From assembly GCA_964016885.1 (NCBI GenBank), contig OZ024740.1, positions 30,318,001-30,382,000 on the forward strand: a stretch of DNA of 64,000 nucleotides, in the 5' to 3' direction. The notes under the pieces are model-generated. The model saw only the letters and a list, made by a program, of their open reading frames with translations. It was not told the origin of the DNA and did no database searches. Shown here piece after piece: positions 28,901-41,825 of the stretch; within the stretch, counting starts at the first letter, position 1; every line of letters starts with the position of its first letter. The position numbers and the translations under genes are program-made. The DNA is from Eledone cirrhosa. Lineage: Eukaryota.

Positions 28901-29400
28901 GCCCATTGTCATTTCCCACCCAGAAAAGCTTATAGCATCGTTCTTTACCCACGATGAATCTAGCAGACCCTCCCCTCCACCTGGTCTCTTGAATACAACA
29001 AACATCGACCTCCTTACGTTCAAGCATTTTTACAACCTCGTTAGAGCGGCCCTTTAAGGTGCCTACATTCATGGTACCAACTCTGAAGTTTTGGATTGCG
29101 TTTGGAGGGTGGGAGCGGTGGGGAGCGGGGGGGGGGGGGTTATGTTAGCCATCCTCGGCCGAAACAAGGAAATAGTGAAAGAGTAAAGAATAACATGGTC
29201 GGCTGTACAAAAAGGGTTTTATTTACAGTATTAACAATTGTTTCATTGATCAGGTGAGTCTAAAAGCTGCTGATCACTCGAAATTGCGTCACTCGACCTT
29301 AAATACGGTGTGTGTGTCTGATCAAATCATCGGAATACTGGAGGGTGTAACACATGGCACTGGTATTTATAGATACATCGGAGAATCAAGTGAATGAAAA
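25948..29400 (-). mobile_element. Near full-length RTE-clade LINE (APE endonuclease + RT, disrupted by stops/frameshifts)
   Basis: 28032-29072: NVGTL...CIQETRW...SAYAPQ...AGDLNGHVG...SQHRL (APE). 26470-27759: FVDLEKAFDRVP, GVHQGSVLSPLLF, LLYADD (RT). 25948-26442: RLRWYGHVMR...GRPRKTW (RTE C-terminus). The 5' boundary is approximate. Confidence 0.93.
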
Positions 29401-29584
29401 CAATAACACCAATAATAAAAGATAATAAACAATAATAAAAGTATAAAGAAGTAAAAATTAAAATGATAAAGATATTTTTAAAATAAGTAAAAAATAAGTA
29501 CAAAATACGGTTACTGATAATAGTAGTAGTGGTGGTGGTAGTTAAAGTTATAATGGTGAGTAAGAGGATATATATATATATATA

Positions 29585-29700
29585 TTTATGAAAATAACAG
29601 ATTAAAGTTTAAGCAAAGAATCGCTGCTTTCACCCTTAACGGGATCTTCTTATCACCCTTATCGAGCCCTCTTTGGATTTTAGTCTTCAAATTTATTATT
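29585..29700. repeat. (TA)n-associated element; palindromic copy at 36910-37115
   Basis: aataacagattaaagtttaagcaaagaatcgctgctttca and ctctttggattttagtcttca are shared between both sites. Confidence 0.7.
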
Positions 29701-29702
29701 AT

Positions 29703-29746
<44 letters not shown>

Positions 29747-29791
29747 GTGAACACAATATATATAACTACTCCAATATATATATAAATATAT

Positions 29792-30419
29792 AAATATAAA
29801 TTCAGTGAGAATCGTATTTCGGCAGGTCGAAAATAAGCGAAACGCAATATCCGAGTTATGCTGGCAAGTGCTCCATGGACCAAAAGAGACCAGAGCAATA
29901 AACATAGGTTATAAAGGCCATACAAACTGAGATGGCGGTTAAGAAGCTATCAACCACCTAACCCAAAAAGACGAGACAAGCTAAACGGGTCAAACAAAAT
30001 AAATGAAATATTCACCCGGACCCCTTGGAAATGATCCAGTACAGGGTTTCTGTGACACCTAAATCAATTATACTGTCTGCTTAAAATAATAAGCTTTTGG
30101 TATAATGATCGAACAAGGCTGTCACTTTGTCAACAGGCATTTTGTTCTGCGCCAGCATTCTGAATCACACAGTGTTATGTAGTAGTAAAAGCACATGCGT
30201 AACTCTACAAGGGAGAAAACCCCAGATTTTGGCAAATGAATTCAGTATGTGTAAATCAATGAAAAATTGCAAAAACAGCACAAATCGAATTAAGCTCTCG
30301 ACCGGGTAGTTTTTAAAACTAAACTTAAGCAATTAATCAGTCAATAGAATTATCTAAAACAAATTAACTGGTTAATTGTTAGACTCGGGAGATTAATACA
30401 AATATAAATTCAGCGAGAA
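29792..30419. mobile_element. ~608-nt non-coding element with short terminal direct repeat, in (TA)n
   Basis: aaatataaattcag(t/c)gaga at both ends, period 608; colinear homology with 50801-51483. Confidence 0.65.
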
Positions 30420-30514
30420 ATATATATACCAACCATTAAACAGTAAAATCATTTTTAACAATACAGATCTGATGAGCAAATACTATACACCACGTTTACT
30501 CAACGTAGTGTAAT

Positions 30515-30887
30515 GGTTTCTTATATAGGCACAAGGCCAGCAATTTGGGGAAGGGGAAAGTCAATTAAATCGACCCCAGTGCCTGACGGGTACTTTATTT
30601 TATTGACCCCATGAGGATGAAAAGCTAAGTTAACCTCGGCTGGATTTCAACTCAGATCATAAAGGGCCGTAACTCTATGCTGCAAAGCATGGCGTCCGAC
30701 CCTCTACCGATACTGCCAATTCACCGCCCTTCAATGTAGTATAATAATTGTTTCTACTTTTGGCACAAGACCAGTAAATACCTAGTGCATTACTGGTACT
30801 TTATTTTATCGACTCCGTAAGGATAAAAGGCAAAGTTAACCTCGGTGGGATTTGAAGTCACAATGGCAAGGGTTGTAACTCTATGCG
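30515..30887 (-). mobile_element. Two tandem OK-like SINEs
   Basis: Reverse complement of the SINE core twice; caatgtagtataataat duplicated around the second copy. Confidence 0.85.
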
Positions 30888-30965
30888 TCAATGTAGTATA
30901 ATAATATCATTTACTTATCTATAATATTTACTTTCTGTTTAGGACTTCATGAAACTTTAACTTAC

Positions 30966-31098
30966 CAAATTCTTTCTCGGGTTTTTCTAGTTCAATAGAC
31001 GTAACAATCCGTTCCTTTTTATTTCTTAATTGGTTCATATCAGAAAGGTAGTAAAGAATGTTCTTTACCTGTAGAACACATTCGGTACCTCTTCGAGC
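30966..31098 (-). CDS. KHK: Ketohexokinase-like, 133-bp exon (phase 0 to 1)
   Basis: tacag acceptor, gtaagt donor; ARRGTECVLQVKNILYYLSDMNQLRNKKERIVTSIELEKPEKEF resembles KHK GRNASEQVKML...IRVSVEVEKPREE. Confidence 0.9.
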
Positions 31099-31504
31099 CT
31101 GTAATACGTGATGGTGATGTCAATCTGTTATTGACTTTTAAGGAAGTTGGGAATTTTTACTCAAAGCTAATATTTACTTATTCTATTTGAAATAGAATAA
31201 GTAAATATTACAATACAACGGCAGGAAATATAATAGTACCACTGATGATGTCACAGGTGTGTGATGAAAGACTATATATATATATTTATATATATATTTT
31301 TGACTGTTGGTCAATCAATGATAAACATTGATTGTCAGGTAAATTAACTAGGGAGATATAAAATATACAGAATATAAAATATACCATTCCAAACCAAACC
31401 GTGAGTGTGTTTTATTATTATTTCTGGTAATATTTATAACAATATGACCCTCCCCAAATATAACAGTGTGTGCGCACGCGCGCGTGCGTGCGTGCGTGTG
31501 TGTA

Positions 31505-32410
31505 AATGACGTTACTGACGTCATTAAACAGCAACATAAGAATCTTCGCAGACGATTCCAAGCACCAGAAGCTCATCAATGGCATGGGTGACCGGACATG
31601 CCTCCAATCAGATCTACTGGCTGTTATCTAATGGGCGGAAAAGAATATGTTCCTGAATGAGGATAAATTTGAGTTAACCCACTTTCGAAAAGAGGATGCC
31701 CTGAAACTCCCATACGATCTTCCTTTAGGTGAAACTCTCATGGCATCCAACATCAGAGACTTGGGAGTAATTGTCGACAACAACATAAGCTGGGCCACTC
31801 ATATCAACAGCAAAGTTGACATGACCCGCAGAATGTGTTCCTGGATTCTCAGAATTTACCAGTCGAGAGATATCTACACATTATCATGAAAATTGAAGCA
31901 CCTCAAAGGTAAATCACGAAAAAGATAGACGCCATGACATGCTTTGGATATTGGGGTCGACTAGAAAAACTCAAACTCTATTCTCTCCAACGTCGCCGTG
32001 AGCGCTATATTATCTGCATGATGTGGAAAATATTCCATCTGCTTGGCCTAAATCATATTGGCATCACCTTTAATGTACACCTAAGGCTTGAGCCCCGTGC
32101 TATCCGCCCACAACAAAAATCAAACTCGCATCTCATAACAATAATATGGTACAACTATTTTACCTCAATTGGCCCGCCTCTCTTTAAAATTATACTAAAA
32201 CACATCAGACCCCATAAAGTTCAAAATGTCTTTGGACAAATTCCGTCAAGAAATCGCGGATAAGCCTCGTACACCAAGATATGTCTGCGTAAACAATAAC
32301 ACTTTATTTGAGTGGGCCATGGTGCCCAAATCCTGATTTGAAAGACTTCGCCAAGTTGTGCTATTAAGTTAGACATGGCCTGGGCCAATACTGGCCAAAA
32401 CCTATCAAAG
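31505..32410 (+). pseudogene. Decayed CR1/L2-group LINE RT C-terminal fragment
   Basis: RIFADDSK, LQSDL, RDLGVIVD, RLEKLKLYSLQRRRERY with frameshifts and stops. Confidence 0.8.
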
Positions 32411-32418
32411 TGATACAT

Positions 32419-32452
<34 letters not shown>

Positions 32453-32724
32453 TGGAAAATGTGTGAAATCCTTGGTACAGTTAGGTATATTTTCTACAAA
32501 ACCAAACTGTAAAATTATGGTATTATATAATTAAATTAAATTGTTTAGAACTACAAGTGAAGTCATTCGTCTTTTCCCTTATATATATATATCATTTCAT
32601 CATCATCATCATTTCATTTTACGTCCGCTTTTTCCTTGCTTGAAAGGGTGGGACGGGAACTGATTCTGGCTCGATTTCTACAGCTGGATGCCCTTCCTAA
32701 CACCAACCTCATTTACATATATAT

Positions 32725-32927
32725 ATAAGGAAAAGAAATTGAAAATGCAACTGGAGTCTTTTTAAGAATATTTATTTGTTGCCTTTACGCATCTGATGCA
32801 AGAAAAAACACAAACCCTCCACCTAAATTCTACTTTTGAAAAGCATAAGAACTGTGAAACCAGTAAAGGGAACAAATAAATATTCTTAAAAAGACTCCAG
32901 TTGCATTTTCGATTCCTTTTCCTTATA
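32725..32927. repeat. Inverted-repeat element flanked by TA
   Basis: gaaaatgcaactggagtctttttaagaatatttatttgtt ... aacaaataaatattcttaaaaagactccagttgcattttc. Confidence 0.8.
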
Positions 32928-32981
32928 CTTTCACTCGTGTAGGACATGTGGGTTTTTTATTTTAAAAAAAAACCTAATTCT

Positions 32982-33024
<43 letters not shown>

Positions 33025-33284
33025 AATTAGTATATCTACCAACATATTTATACAGATGTATACTTACGCTAGCAAATATATAGGTTTTGTCTTAGTAACT
33101 TTGTGGTTTAATACAAAAGGATGCAGAACAATTATATGAAAGACGTAAAATAAGTAAATTATAGTAATTAACTTACTTACTTAAATTTCACTCCAACTAA
33201 TTAGTTTCTGAAAGGGGATATACATAGTCTTCAAATGGAGATCATGGAGAAACCTTTCTTCATCATATGTATATATATACATAT

Positions 33285-33463
33285 AATTGTTTCTACTTTT
33301 TGCACAGGGCCAGAAATTATCCCATTGTATTACTGGTACTTTATTTTATCGACCCCGTCAGGATGAAAAGCAAAGTTAACCTCGGAAGGATTTGAACTCA
33401 GACCATAAAGGGCCGTAACTCTTTGCTGTAAAGCATGGTGACTGACCCTCTACCGATACTGCC
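33285..33463 (-). mobile_element. OK-like SINE
   Basis: Reverse complement of the SINE consensus. Confidence 0.85.
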
Positions 33464-33611
33464 AGTCCAATATATAATGGCAGTGTCCCAGTGTAGTTTC
33501 AGCCTGTCGGCTAGAATACGTAAAGCCGTAAAAGAACACACACACATATATGTGTGTGTGTGTGTGCGTGTGTGTGTCTGTCTGTGTGTAATAGTTATAA
33601 ATTATACTGAC

Positions 33612-33690
33612 CTCAAAATGAATCCATTTAAAATTATTCTTATCTAAGTCAATTTTCAGGAATTCTTCCAATGTCACAGAAGGAAGTGTT
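33612..33690 (-). CDS. KHK: Ketohexokinase-like, 79-bp exon (phase 2 to 0)
   Basis: tatag acceptor, gtcagt donor; TLPSVTLEEFLKIDLDKNNFKWIHFE resembles KHK [24 protein letters not shown]. Confidence 0.92.
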
Positions 33691-34166
33691 CTATAATACA
33701 GAAGTAATATATAAGTAACTTGTTCATATACTAATACGTCTTTTCATCTCTACTTTTTCTTTTTCTTCTTCGGTCCCTTATTCCTGAGAAGGTTATGGGG
33801 ACAGAAACCTTAAACACTCTTTCCAGCGGATCTTGTCATAACCAACCATCTCCAATTGATCCGGCTGCATCCCCAAGCGAGACCAGCCAAGCTCATGGAT
33901 GTTATCCAACCATCTCCCTCGGGGTCTCCTATATTTATCAACTACGAAAGGATGAAAGGAGAAGTTGACCTCAGCAATATTTCAGCTAACAATGTAGAAA
34001 TCCGGAAGAAATGCCGCAATATGTCTTAATCCGACATGCGAACGACTCTGCCAATTCGCCGCCCAGAACAATAGTTACAAGGTAGAATAAATTAGTTTAA
34101 AGTACAGAAGATAGAGAAGTCTAACGTTTCGGAACAACCTCTTCCTCCGTAAGTTGAAGAGTGATT

Positions 34167-34559
34167 ACTCTCGGGTCGCAAATAATAAGGGATGGAATAA
34201 ACGGGAGATTAGATTAAGTGGAGGGAGTTGGAAATCGGTAATTTTTCTAGGTTGACTTGATTTTTTAAAAACCAGAATTGGTCATTTAGTTTACATATTG
34301 AGACCCCCAACCCATCCTATTTATTTTATAACATATGGGATTCCTAGTAATGTAATTTTTTTGTTATGTTTAATGTTTTTTTAATGTATAAAGAAAATTA
34401 ATTGTCGCAGTAATGCTACCACTTAAAATAAAATTTCACCGGAGATAGATTAGCAAAATGTCATAAGCGGGCTGGGGGTGGGGATAAGAGTGGGGGATGG
34501 AAAAATTTGAAAAATTAATAAGCGGGGGTGGGGACACGATTGTTCGAGACCCGAGAATA
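34167..34559 (+). mobile_element. MITE with TACTCTCGGGTC-type termini
   Basis: tactctcgggtc ... gagacccgagaata; homologous to 21197-21705 and 49691-49999. Confidence 0.75.
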
Positions 34560-34574
34560 ATGAAAGATATAATG

Positions 34575-34775
34575 GTTTCTTATATAGGCACAAGGCCAGC
34601 AATTTTGGGGGAGGAGAAAGTCGTTTAAATCGACCCCAGCTGTATTACTGGTACTTTATTTTATCGACTCCGTAAGGATGAAAGGCAAAGTTTACCTCGA
34701 CGGGATTTGAACTCAGATCATAAAGGGCCGTAACTCTATGCTGCAAGGCAAGGCGTCCGACCCTCTACCGATACT
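34575..34775 (-). mobile_element. OK-like SINE with 15-bp TSD
   Basis: atgaaagatataatg at 34560-34574 and 34776-34790. Confidence 0.88.
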
Positions 34776-34848
34776 ATGAAAGATATAATGAAGAATAAGT
34801 GCGAAGGAGAATAAAAAATAGTGAAGGGAAAAATACAATTTTCCTCAC

Positions 34849-34983
34849 TTTGGTGGAGCTAGGATTGTTCTGGAAGCATTCTGCGAGTTAATTATCACTA
34901 CTGTTTGTTCATTGACCTGAAGATCGTGGAAGTCACAACTGGAAATGTCAATCTCGTATTTGGCGAAGTCCTCAATGAGGAAC
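34849..34983 (-). CDS. KHK: Ketohexokinase-like, 135-bp exon (phase 2 to 2)
   Basis: tgcag acceptor, gtgagg donor; FLIEDFAKYEIDISSCDFHDLQVNEQTVVIINSQNASRTILAPP resembles KHK FVLDDLRRYSVD...VIINEASGSRTIL. Confidence 0.92.
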
Positions 34984-35570
34984 CTGCAATATATGTAATA
35001 AATATGTACAGGTGCATATATATGTGATAGAGAGGGGGGAGAGAGTGTGAGAGAGAGAGGGTGGAGGTGACCGAAAGAGGGGGTGAAAGAGAGAAACTGG
35101 TTGAATAAAGATTGCTTGGGTCCTGGTTTAGGTTTGGTTAAAAATATAGATTATTTGGGCCACTTTAAAAATACTGTTCCTTCTCAGGTGCGAACACACA
35201 CATTTGACAATTAGCACAAACAGAAATTAATGTGGACAGAAAAGTTTAGTTATCTTAAATCGACCCCAGTGTGTTACTGGTACTTTATTTTATTAACCCC
35301 GAAAAGGATAAAAGGTAAAGCTAACCTCGGAGGGTTTTAATTCAGAAGGTAAAGTGAGGAAATTGTTTGCCACAAAGCATGCTATCTGAAGCTCTACCGA
35401 TTCTACTGTCAATCCACAGCCCTTAACGTAGTACATAATATATTAATCATTAAGTGACAGACACTTTTGCCACAGGAATAGATTACCCAGGATTTCTGTG
35501 TACACTAACTTCTAAAAATTAGAGGAAATATCTTTGGTAAAGAAATATGAAAAAATGTTTGAAGACTAAC

Positions 35571-35687
35571 GTTTTCCCGTTCCTATTGCCTATACTTCCA
35601 AAGAATGCACACGGCAATCCCAGCAGTGAAAAGACTGTAGAATTATTAGAAGCGTTGCCACCTCGTCTCCACTCCTGTCGAGTAACT
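35571..35687 (-). CDS. KHK: Ketohexokinase-like, 117-bp exon (phase 2 to 2)
   Basis: ttcag acceptor, gttagt donor; [33 protein letters not shown] resembles KHK [28 protein letters not shown] (PfkB signature 1 region). Confidence 0.93.
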
Positions 35688-37199
35688 CTGAAATTTGAAA
35701 GAAATAAAAATACAATTGATAGTTAAATATAATTGAATGGAGGAATGTTACAAAATTGGTAATTGGATAGAAAGTATTTTTTTGAATCTTGGAACAAAAA
35801 TAAAGTGATGAAATTCACCAATCCTTTTTATTACCATTCCATAAATATCTACTGGATATTATAATTAATTCTAGAACAACATATCACTATAGAGAAATCG
35901 TAACTTTCGAAACAGTTTTCCTGCGATTAGAAAGGTAATAGATAATTGGTTTTTTTTTGGTTTTTTTGTTTTTTCTTAATAAGGTATATTTCATTTTTAT
36001 TTGGTTAAACATACAGAAAAATAAAGCAGCATTGTAAAGGATTATAAATAGCATAAATGAGAGGAAAAGGAGAGAAAGAGCAAGAACTAGTAAACAAAGA
36101 AAGAAAGAGGGGACAGGATGACAGACCCTACACGAGGGGTGTTTTGGTTGCGCCCCGCGGACAAAATGGCAAAAGCATTTCCGCGGACAATGGCCAGTGA
36201 CACCCGCTCCAACAACCACCCCACCTCGGGGGATCCTTCCTCAGACGGGTCGCTGTCGATCAAATAATGAATTAACTGGTTCCAAAATTTATTAACAGGT
36301 GGATAAGTTTTTTATTATTATTATTGTCGATTATTTTAGAAGAATCTGAAGGAAGGGTCCAACGGATATTCTCTCCAAATCAACGAATAACCGGGAAATG
36401 TCATAAATATATTAGTGAAGGCGTGTGGCTTAGTGGTTCGTGAATTCACAATCGTGGGATTGCGAGTTCGAAATACACTTTATTTCACGGTTTACCCGGA
36501 GTTGCGACTAGTATCAGCAATGGAAATACCATTAGAAACATTGTTTCCTTTGTACGATTTGATGAGTTCCACCCCACTCAGTAGGCGTATGAGGTCTGAC
36601 ACCCAGCAAATCGATAATATACATAAATGATAAACAAAAACTATAATCTGGTGTTATATTATTTTAACTATCTCTGTTGTGGTGGAATCTAAATAAACAT
36701 TGAAGGGTAACTAAGAACTCGAAAGAGATCGGCTCAACTGATGTTGTATAGAAAATTAAGCAGGGAGTGAGACAAAATCTATCTTATGGGTTAAATCTCA
36801 CAACGTAGTACTATCGTTAACTCTCTTCAGGAGAGCTTGGCTTAGTCGAAGCTTTCTCAATTAAATTCATAGAAATCTTATATATATATATAGAGAGAGA
36901 GATATATATATTTATTCAAATAACAGATTAAATTTTAAGCAAAGAATCGCTGCTTTCAGAAGATCCCATTAAGGGTGAAAGCAGCGATTCTTTGCTTAAA
37001 CTTTAATCTATTATTTTAATAAATATTTGCTCTAGGGTTCTTATATATTTGATATATATTTATACTTATCGAGTCCTCTTTGGATTTTAGTCTTCACATT
37101 TATTACATTTATTATTATTACTAGAAAGAGAGAGAGGGGGGGGGGGATGAAAAATCGCGACCGTAGCGCCACGGTCGTAAATTTACATATAATAATAAT

Positions 37200-40100
37200 A
37201 ATAATGAAATTATTGTGTAAAGTGCTCAGGTGCACTACAACTCATCAATATAGTACATAGAATAATACACAAATGTCAGGGAAGTACATGTGTGTATGTG
37301 TTAGCTGTAGTGTTGGCGGATCTCGGGAAGCATGGAGGCCTTAAAGGATGCAGTCTCTCGACAGCTAACAACTGATGCAGGTAGTTTGTTCCATGGAGGC
37401 CTTAAAGGATGCAGTCTCTCGACAGCTAACAACTGATGCAGGTAGTTTGTTCCATGGAGGCCTTAAAGGATGCAGTCTCTCGACAGCTAACAACTGATGC
37501 AGGTAGTTTGTTCCATGGAGACCTTAAAGGATGCAGTCTCTCGACAGCTAACAACTGATGCAGGTAGTTTGTTCCATGCTTCAGCAACTCTGAGCGTGAA
37601 AAAATGTTTCCGAAAGTCATGGGAACTGTACTGTTTTCTTACTTTGTGGGCATGTCCACGTGTGTTAGACACATGGAAATCGAAAAGGTACTCAGGGTTG
37701 TTGTTGGCAACATGGTTAACAATTTTGTGGGTGTTTACCAAGTCAGTTGCCAGGCGTCGGAGCTTCAATGAATCCATGCCCAGGGAAGCAAGGCGCTCAG
37801 AGTATGGTAGATGCCTGATGGAGGGTATTCGCTTGGTTGCACTTCTCTGAACAGTTTCCAGGCGGTCAATGTCCTGAGCAAGATAGGGGTGATGCAAATT
37901 CTAAGTGTGGTCGCACCATAGCTGTATACAGCCTTAAATAGATATCTGGAGAGCGGCTGACAAAGGTCTTGCTGAGTGATGCTAAGACACCCTCGGCCCT
38001 CTTGACAATTTTAGAGACGTGCCTCGTCCAACGCAAATCGCTGCTGACCGTAATGCCCAGGTCACGTTCACAGGAAGACTTCTTGATATTAGTGCTGTGG
38101 AAGGACTATGTGGACGCTGGGTTTTTACTCCCAAAATTCATGGTGGTGCACTTGTCCACAGCTAGCTTGAGTTGCCAGTCTGAGATCCACTGTTGCATTG
38201 TGTCCAGGTCAGACTGCAAGCAAGATCTATAGTGTTCAGGATCTGTCCTTTTTATCTCAAGGTACAGCTTGATGTCATCTGCATACTTTAGTACTGTGGC
38301 ATTCCTTAAGTTGGCATCTATGTCATTAATATATGCCACAAACAAAAGGGGGCCAAGAACAGATCCCTGTGGTACACCAGATGACATCTCATATGGTGAG
38401 GAATGCTGTCCCAGAACCGTGACTACCTCTCTTCGACTGAGAATGAAGGACTTCAACCAGTTAAAAAGATTATCCTTCACACCCATTGCAGAGAGTTTTG
38501 CCATAAGCCTTTTGTGTGGCACAGAATTGAAGGCCTTCGCAAAGTCAAGGTAAACAACATCCACCCATGAGCCGCCATCAGTGATCCGGGTGATGTCCTC
38601 AAGAAACTCTATAAGTTGATCACAGCAGCTGGAGTTGGGGATAAATCCAAATTGCGAGGGCCGGATAAGACTGTGAGAGCTCCAGAAGTTCCAAAGTGTT
38701 TCTCTGACACAGGATTCCATCAGTTTGGCGATGCAACTAGTAAGACTGACTGGACGATAGTTCTCAGGTGATGTGCGGTCACCCTTTTTGAACAGAGGAA
38801 TGACACTGGCAGTTTTCCACTGTTCTGGAGTAGCCTGTTGTTCAGACAAAATTGGAAGAAGCGTGATAACTGGTGTAGAAGGAAGTACCCACCACGTTTA
38901 AGAAGCAGGTACGTAACACCATCAAGACCAGGAGAGGCATGGTTGCGTTTATTTTTTAGGTGACGTCGCAGCATTGCAGGTGTAAATTCCATGGTTGTAA
39001 TAGAGTCCGGTGTCATAGGTGGTGGAGATGGTACACTCTGGTCTTCAATAGTGAAAATGCCTGCATAGCATTCAGCAATGAGCTCTGCGCATTCCTTGGG
39101 GTCGTCAGTAACCTGGCTTGTGTGGGGATTGCGAAGAGGACCAACTGGAAAGTGAGGCCTCTGCTTTGAGTGAACATACTTCCAGAACACCTTACTGTCA
39201 GGGCTGGTTGCTATGCGCTGCTCAAATTGAAGCACTGCCTTTTTTGTCACCTGTTTGAGGTGGTTGGACGATCTATTTCACCTCTTCCTATTAATGTCTG
39301 ATTTGTGAAGTTTGTACTCACGTTCAGCATTGCGCCATTCTTTTCTGGCAAGACGGACTGCTGCAGTCTCCCAAATTGCGCTTTTGGGATGTTTTTTTCC
39401 GCTTACGTGGCACCGATGCTGCACATGCTGTCCATATTGAGCTCAGGATGTTCTGGAGTACAGTTTTGACATCTCCAGAGTCGTAGAACTCAAGCCTGTT
39501 TGGCCGTTGCAACTCGGTGCAGTAACAGTTCCAGTCTGCTTTATTCCAGTCAAAGTGAGCAGTTTGGAGATGGTTGTGGTTCTTGTTACTGCCCATGAGG
39601 GATAGATTGGCAATGATCATAGCATGATCAGAGTCACCTAAAGGTTCCTCAGCAGTAACACTAATGACCGTTTCAGGAGTAGTGGTGAAGAGTAGGTCCA
39701 AAGTGTTGTCACCTCTCGTTGGGGAGGTGACCACCTGGGACCAACTCGAGTCCAGCACCAGCTCAAGGAAGTCATTTGCACTTGGCGGCCAACGAAAGGT
39801 CTCCCAGTCAATCTCAGGGTGATTGAAGTCACCTGCAATGAAAACATAAGTGGCTGTCTTCCTGGCAGCAGCTCTGAGGATATCACAAAGTTGAGTGTCC
39901 TGATGGTAATTTGGGGGACGGTAAACGACTCCAAGTAGCAGTGTTGACATGGTCATACGTATATCGCAGAAAAAAACTTCCTGCTGTGATTGGTTCAAAT
40001 CAGCACAAGGAATTGCCGACAGATTTGACCGAACGTAGACCATTACACCACCACCACGACGATTAATACGGTCTTTACGAAACAGGTTGTAGCCAGTCAT

Positions 40101-40900
40101 GCTGAACACCCCATCACAGAGTAAGGGATGTGCCCAAGTTTCCGTGACTGTAATGAAGTCCGGGTTGATACTTTTGACGTAGGAGTCAAAAAGATGAATC
40201 TTATTGCATAGACTACGTGCATTCAAGGACAACAATTTGTACTTTGATTCCAGTATATGATTGTGTGCAGGGGATCGCAGGTTGTTCTGATTTAGTTTCC
40301 CAGAGTTTTTTCAGTTTCTTTATTGTCAGTTGTTGTGGGTACAGTGTTTTCAGACCAGCTGGTGTCTCTTTTCCATGATTCGCCAGCCTTAACAAACTTC
40401 CATATCTGCCCATCATCACGTAGGCTGAAGCTTTCATGTTCTGCCGAGCTGCGGTTTAGGGAAGCTGCGGCACGCAACTTTGGGCGGACATCAGGTGGAA
40501 GACCAGGACGTGTTCGGAAAGCAATCCGACTTTCACGCCTAGCTTTATCAGAGGCTACACGGTATGAACGTGCCTCAGTTGAGTTTGAAAACGACAGTCT
40601 AATTAACCTGGGTTTCGAGCCTGGTCGGCCAAGGCGTAGAGCACCCTTTGCGGGAGCACAGCCCAGGTCTTTGGATGAACTGGCAGCAAATGCCTGAAGA
40701 TCAACTATGTCTTCCGGCACACCAATGGCAATCACTTCGTGGTTTGCAGATTCAGTGGCATTCTCAATGCATCTAGGTTCAACATGAGGTACGCGGAGAT
40801 TTTTTAACAATGGTAGTGGTTAGGTTACTACCTATTTCTAGTCTCGAAATTCCTGTTCGATCGACTGTCTTATATATAAATTATCGTCTTCTATATAAAT
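37200..40900 (-). mobile_element. Near full-length CR1-clade LINE (putative ORF1 40292-40810; ORF2 APE+RT, frameshifted)
   Basis: LNARSL...VTETW...AGDFNHP...GDSDH (APE); YRPVSLTS, YLDFAKAFNSV, GVPQGSVLGPLLF, LKYADD (RT); RGH..K..RKHFFTLRV..WNKLP tail; (ATT)n 3' end near 37190. The 5' boundary is approximate. Confidence 0.92.
37331..37574. repeat. 4 x 61-bp tandem repeat inside the CR1 3' coding end
   Basis: catggaggccttaaaggatgcagtctctcgacagctaacaactgatgcaggtagtttgttc starts at 37331, 37392, 37453 and 37514. Confidence 0.95.
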
Positions 40901-41609
40901 GTAATTTTAAGCTGTGGTCACCTACTACAAAAACTACTGATCACACCACCTAATCTCACTGTAACCATCTTCCCAAGGACACATTGAGTTCTAACAACGT
41001 TATCAGCTGCACCACAACCAGATGGAATACGATATAATTTATGTATGATAAAGTTAAATATTACATTTACACTCGCCAAATAAGACGGAAAATATGAACG
41101 GAAATCTAACTACATATCTATTATAACCCACAAACTGTATAAGTTATTACAGTCAGGCAACCAGACAATCTTTCATTCTCAAATTTAACTAAGTTAATGT
41201 CTACAGCGGCAGAGTCGTTAGAACGCCGGATAAAATGTTTTGTGGTATAGATTTCAACTCACTGCTTTCTGAGTTCATTTACAGACATCCTTCGGTGCTT
41301 CGTACTCGATCTATTTGTTGTTGTTGTTGTTGTTACAGCTCACACCTATGCAGGTTTAGCTGGCCTCCTCCAAGGTATATCTTGTTGGAGGTGTCTTGGG
41401 TGATTTAATGATAGGGACTCCAGTCCCTATCATCTCATTTCTACAGCTGAGTAAACTGGAGCAACGTGAAATAAAGTGTCTTGCTCAAGGAATCAACACA
41501 TCACCCGGTCTGAGAATTGAACTCACAACCTTTCGATTGTAAGTCCAGTGCTCTAACCACTAAGCCAATTGCCACCCTTATAAATGAAATTTAAGGGTCA
41601 GTCCACCTC

Positions 41610-41825
41610 GTAGACCCCGCCGACTGGATGGAGAAGACATTGTCCCGGAGGACGGCGAGGGAGACGCGCTGGAACAACCACTCCATCTTGTGAGGCTCGC
41701 ACATGCGGGTAGCCAACTCCGCTCCGAGAGCAATGAGTAGGGATGTGGTCCGGGGGCCATGAACCCTGGGTTCTCCACTGCCACAGGCTTGACCACAAAC
41801 CTATCAGAGAGTGGCCAGTACTTGC
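41610..41825 (-). mobile_element. 3' fragment of a REL-endonuclease non-LTR element
   Basis: KYWPLSDRFVVKPVAVENPG, then after a frameshift LLIALGAELATRMCEPHKMEWLFQRVSLAVLRDN. Confidence 0.65.
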
